Of a stretch of 64,000 nt of DNA, positions 58,700 to 64,000 are shown one piece after another (position 1 is the first letter of the stretch; each line of letters opens with the position of its first letter). The stretch lies in assembly GCF_009914755.1 (NCBI RefSeq), contig NC_060926.1, one strand, 5' to 3'. Source of the stretch: the human T2T-CHM13v2.0 reference genome, Homo sapiens. A program made the position numbers and the translations under genes. Under the pieces are notes generated by a model, which worked only from the letters and a program-made list of their open reading frames with translations, did no database searches and was not told the DNA's origin.

Positions 58700-61600
58700 C
58701 ATTAAATGCATATGAGCATATAAGTCAGGAAGAAATTAGACTAAGTGGGATTAAAGTGTTTTAATATCAAGAAATTATCTGGCAGAGGTAAAATATCTGC
58801 TTTCAATAACATTTAACAACATTAATATTAGATATGATAAACTGAAAATGAAATCTTTAGAGTGGTCACTGAAAAAATAAAGTGCATAAATGGTATGCTA
58901 AGAGAGGCAAAGTAAACATATTAAGAAACACTACAGCAATCAAAAAAAGTAGAAGAGAAAAGGAGAAACACAAAATATTTGTGACAAAAATCTACTCAAC
59001 TATATCAGTAATTGCATAAAGCATAAATAAACTAGATAATTTAATGAAAAGACAATTTTAATTCAGTCAAAAAGAGCAACCCCACCCCCAAAGAAGCCCC
59101 TAACATGAGACAGATCTTAAAATATAGAACTCAGAATGCGAAAACTAAAGGAATGAATTAAGAGATGACATAAAATTATGCAATTTATAAGAGAAATACT
59201 TAAATGTAAACACATAGATTAAAAGTAAAGGAATATAGAAAGTATATCTTGCTACACTAACCAAAGGAAGTGGAAGTGATGTTAATGTCAGACAAAGCAG
59301 ATTTCAGAACAAAAGAAATTACCGGGGAAAATGAGAAGCATTGTTTAATTATTTAGGAGTTAATTCTCTAAAAATACACAGTAACAGAACATTAAAATAT
59401 GTCAGGAAAAAAAAACTGATAGAACTCCAAGGAGAAATAGACTAATCCATTGTTATAGTTGATGACTTCAACATTTCTCTATCAATAATTGATAAATTCA
59501 GCAGGCAGAAAATCAGTACGAATATGATTGACCTGAATGGCACTTACAGAAACAATGAGAGAATACATAATTTTCCCAAGCTGTCATGGGAAATCCGTAT
59601 ACTGAGCCACAGAATAAGTGTTAACAAATTTAGAGGAATAAAAATCATACAAAGTATGCTCTTAGCCCACGCGTGGAACTAAACTAGAAATCAGAATGAA
59701 AACATTTAAAAATACTCAAATACTGGAAGCACTGATGGAATACTTATAAAGAAGAAATGGATTGAAGAACAGCTCTCAAAAAAATTAAATATATATTTAT
59801 ATGTATAAAATGAATTAAAATGAAAATGTGACCTCAAGTTTTATGGAATACAATGAAAGCAGTGCTTGGAGGAAAATGTATAGCTTAAAGTTTGAGTCCA
59901 TATATTATTTTTTAAAATTTAAAATCTATAAGCTTCTATCTTTGGAAACCAGAGAAAGAAAAACAATGCAAGCCTAATGCACAGAGAAAAATGTTAAAAC
60001 AAAAATAAAAAATAAAGCAGAAATTAATGAAATTGAAATAAGAAATTAATCAATAAAATCAAAAGCTGATTTTTGAAGATCAAAAAACTCATGAACATTC
60101 AAGGAAATAATAAGAAAAAGATAAAAATTAATAATATCAGAAATAAAAGAGGGTTATCCCTACATTACTACCAGTGTTTCAAAAACATTAAAAATGTAAT
60201 AATACATTATTATGAAAAACTATATGAACACCAATTTGATCATGTAAATCAAATGGACCAATAATTGAAATTTACAAACTATCAAAACTCACATCTAGAG
60301 CAATAGAAAATTAGAATAAGGCTATATTTATTAATGAAATTAAATCAATAAATAATAGCCTTCCAAAACAGGAAGCATGAGGCCCAGATGATTTCACTGG
60401 TGATTTCTACCAAATGAAAAGAAATGATATCAATTCTCTACAATGTCTTTCAAAAAAATGAAGCACAGGGAATACTTTCCAACTCATTTTATGCAGCCAG
60501 TATTACCCTAGTACCAAAACAAAAAGCAAAAATATTACAAGAAAGAAAAACTACAAATGCATATCTATTATGAACATAGTTACAAAAATCCTCAAATAAT
60601 ATTAACAAATAGAATACAATAATGTATAAAAATGATATAACCTAGTGGGATTTATTCCAGGTATTCTAAGCTGGTTCAACATTCAAAATTAATTAATGTA
60701 GTACATCAGATAAACAAGCTAAAGGAGAAAAATCATATGATCATATCAACAAATGCAAATAAAGCATTTGGTAAGTCCCACACTCATTCACAATAAAAAT
60801 CTCTCAGCCAACTTAGAAAATGGCACCACATTGATAAAGAACATCTAAAAAACCTGCAGCTAATAACACACTTAAGATAAAAAAAAAATTCCATGTTTTC
60901 CTCTTTAGATTGCAAACAAGGCAAGGATGCCCCATCTCACCACTTCTATTTAGCATCATGCTGAAAATCCTAGTTAAAGCATGAAGACATGAAAAGGAAA
61001 TGACAGGTACAAAGACTGGGAAGAAAGAGATAAAAATTCACTATAGTGACTATGGTTGCACGCTTATGTGATAAGGCCTTAAAGGAAAGGAAATATTCTC
61101 CGTAACAGTGTGGCTCCGTTCATTGAGGAGAGAGGGAAGTAACAGTGACTGAGAGGAGTATGTGAGGGCGTCTGGGCTGCTGGCAATACCACCTAATTTT
61201 AAATTGTATGTGGTTATATCAATATAACCACAGCAAAATGATCTTTGTTCACAAGTATCAAATCCCAAAGAATCAATATAAACTTGAGGAACAAACAAGT
61301 GATCATACCAATATTGCAGGATACAAGTTTAATATATAAAACTCAATTGCTTTTCTATTTAACAGTAATTAACAATTGGAACTGGAAATTAAAACAAAAT
61401 AGCATTAATGTTGTCACCAAAAAAGTTGAAATAGGTCAATTCTAACAAAATATATACAGGATCAATATGAGGAAAACTACAAAACTCTGAGGAAATAAAT
61501 CAAGGATCTAAATAAATGAGAGATACTTTGTGTCCATGGAGTTGGAAGACTCAGTATTAAGAGGATAATTCTGCCCAACTTGATCTATAGATTCAGTGCA

Positions 61601-62040
61601 ATTCCAATCAAAATCCCAGCACATCCTTTTATGGTTATTAGCAAACTGATTATAAAGTTTAGGTGGAAAAGCAAGAAAACCAGAATAGCCAATATAATAC
61701 TGAAGAAGAACAAAATTAGAGTACTGACCCAACCTAACTTGAAGACTTAAAGCTACAGTACTCAACACAAAAGAAAAAACAAACACCAGTGGAAATGAAT
61801 AGAGAACCCAGAAGTAGACCCTCACAAATATAGTTAAATCATACTTGCACAAAAGCAAGAATCAAAGGTACTTCAATAGAGAAAGCATAGTCTTTTTAAC
61901 AAATGGTACTGGAACAATTAGACATGCTCATGCCCCCCCACCCAAAAAAAAAGAAAAGAAAAAATCTCTAGACAGACTTTGCACCTTTCACAAAATTCCA
62001 CTCAAAATGAATCAGAGACTTAAAATCCAAGATTCTAAAA
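58700..62040 (+). mobile_element. Old L1M ORF2 (EN through RT), multiply disrupted
   Basis: 'ggcccagatgatttcactggtgatttctaccaa', 'aaggcaaggatgccccatctcaccacttctattt', 'gatctatagattcagtgcaattccaatcaaaatcccagc'. Confidence 0.9.
61040..61225 (+). repeat. ~185-bp dispersed duplicate of 62595-62773
   Basis: Manual alignment gives ~31 substitutions in ~177 aligned bases (~82% identity), plus 8-bp and 1-bp gaps. Confidence 0.92.
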
Positions 62041-62079
62041 CATATAGCTTTAAATATTAAATTGTATTCATACATGGGA

Positions 62080-62860
62080 CAATGGGATTTAAACTTCAAT
62101 GAAATCAACAAGCCATAGGTATGTGAATCAACATGAATAAATTTCCCAAATACATTGTTCATTTAAAAAAGCAATACAAGGCCTGGCGTGGTGGTACATG
62201 CCTGTAATGCCAGCACTTTGAGAGGCCAAGGCGGGCAGATTGCTTGAGCTCAGGAGTTCGGGAACAGCCTGGGCAAAATGATGAAACCCCATCTTTACAA
62301 AAAGTACGAAAATTAGTCCAGCATAGTGGCACTTGCCTGTGTTCCCAGCTACTCAAGACTGAGGTGGGAAGATCCCTTGAACCCAGGAGGTCCAGGCTGC
62401 AGTGAGTCAAAATCACACGACTGCAGTTCAACCTGGTTGACAGAGTGAGACCCTGTTTCCAAAAAAAAAAAAAAAAAAGCAAAAACACAAAAGCAATACA
62501 TAAAATATGTTTTATGATTGTATGTATATCATGGTTTCATATATCATGATTTCAAATACAGAGAAAAATAGGGTTTACAAAATGGAAGAAGTAAACTGTA
62601 GTGTCTATGGCTGCATGCTTACGTGATAAAGGAAAGGAAAAAAATCTCCATAACGGTGTGGCTCCTTACACTGAGGAGACAGGGAAGTGATAATGACTAA
62701 GAGAAGCAAATGAGAGCTTCTGGGCTTCTGGCAGTATCATCTCATTTTAAACTGCATGTGGTTATACCAATATTCACCTTATGATAATACTTATACCAAC
62801 TTTCCGTCTTTATTTTATGCACTATTTCTGTGTAGGTATAATTTATAATAAAAATTCTAA
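62080..62860 (+). mobile_element. L1ME-type 3' end, split by AluJ
   Basis: 'atcaacatgaataaatttcccaaa', 'ggcttctggcagtat', ending 'gcactatttctgtgtaggtataatttataataaaa'. Confidence 0.65.
62180..62478 (+). mobile_element. AluJb-like
   Basis: Full dimer with poly(A); TSD aaaagcaataca (62167-62178, 62489-62500). Confidence 0.94.
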
Positions 62861-63156
62861 AGTGAAAATTAAGAAACCTAAATAAGATTGTGGGTGTCCG
62901 TGAGTGTGGAGGGATTTTAACGAGTTCCAAAGCCCTTGTCTTATCAGAAAAAAAAGATAAAAACTATTAACTTCAGACACTAATAGCAAAATTTAAAATA
63001 CGCATGTTAAAAATTAAATAAAACAAAACTTCTAACTTGCAAAACAATGGGAAACAAAAGGTAAGAAAGAGAATGTGGTCAAACAGACACTAGGAACGAG
63101 ATTACAACAGTAACTCTCAGAAAGATTGCAGAAGGACTAAATGCAAGTATTCACAT

Positions 63157-63780
63157 GTGGCAGAAACTGCTACATTTCCCCAAAGTCCTTTTTCCCCAGG
63201 ATAGGATTTTTACATGACTTCTCAGCACCCAGAATACAAACATGTTTCAGCCTCTCATGAAGCTAAGTGTGGCCATGAAACTAAGTTCTTGTCAGTTGGA
63301 TATAAGTAGAAGTTTTGAATTGCAGCTTCCGAGAACTTTTTTTTAGTAAGGAGCTACAAGAGTGCTTTTATTGAAATGTTTAATAACAGTTAAATCTTGC
63401 CCCAGGAAGGCAGGCTGTGTTAAAAATCAGGCACAGAGTTTGATTATAAAAGTGGCATTAAATACAAAAGAGATTGATTCACGGCTTCATCAAGACCCTA
63501 ATTAAAAGCCTTCTTCCGTTTTCTTTAAGACTTCCTGTGTTGCACTGCTTGCACAAAAAACATAAGGTCCTGTATCTCGATCATGGATGGTGAAGCTGAA
63601 GACCATCAACAGAGGAACATGTAAATGAAAGCTAATGAAAGCCAAAAGCTCTGAGTCCCTGAGGCTCTCCTGAATAATGGCCACCACAGCAGGCCTTGAC
63701 TGAATGCCTCTGGACTTCTATCTAGTTTATCACTATTATTTTAGGTCTCTATCATCTACAGAAAAACTTAATACTAAATA
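63157..63780 (+). mobile_element. MLT1J-like LTR with an unexplained internal segment
   Basis: 'tgtggcagaaactgcta', 'gctaagtgtggccatgaaactaagttct', later 'gagtccctga...cctctggacttc'. Confidence 0.7.
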
Positions 63781-64000
63781 AAAAAACTGCAAGAAAAGTT
63801 TAGTATTTTTGAAGTAGCCTGTGCTAGTTTCAGACATGTCTTATACCCCACTTCTAATCTCTTAACTCTGTCTCGAGTTACTCCCAAAGCTTCAACTGCA
63901 GACCTTCACTGTCTTTGCACAGAATGTAACCAGAGAGTGTCTAAGTCTGAGAGCCCTTGCTGCACAGTGATATCTACCTGCCTGGTCTTCTCTGATCTTG

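Overview
Primate (hominoid, most likely human) AT-rich non-coding genomic DNA, intronic or intergenic, and dominated by interspersed repeats. I see no recognisable cellular protein-coding gene, rRNA, tRNA or CRISPR array. The only long ORF (10739-13282, 847 aa) is the RT plus C-terminal part of LINE-1 ORF2. It lies in a 5'-truncated, L1PA2-type insertion with a perfect 15-bp target-site duplication. The rest is old L1M, L2 and MIR debris, about 14 Alu-family elements (including one FAM and two FRAM-like monomers), solo LTRs (MER57, MLT1, MLT2, MSTA, THE1, LTR16), a near-full-length Tigger1, MER DNA elements, a 20-bp minisatellite and microsatellites. I cannot support a new biological system here. 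The most interesting signals are: (i) several local templated-copy events, namely a fold-back insertion inside an Alu, a ~185-bp segment copied into an L1 RT motif 1.5 kb away, and 69/43/32-bp duplications; (ii) a CRE + half-CRE + TATA cluster near 44.2 kb, with well-formed candidate exons suggesting an unannotated or non-coding spliced transcript; (iii) a 40-bp higher-order structure in the minisatellite. Repeat names come from recalled consensus sequences, not a database search. Boundaries of old elements are approximate.
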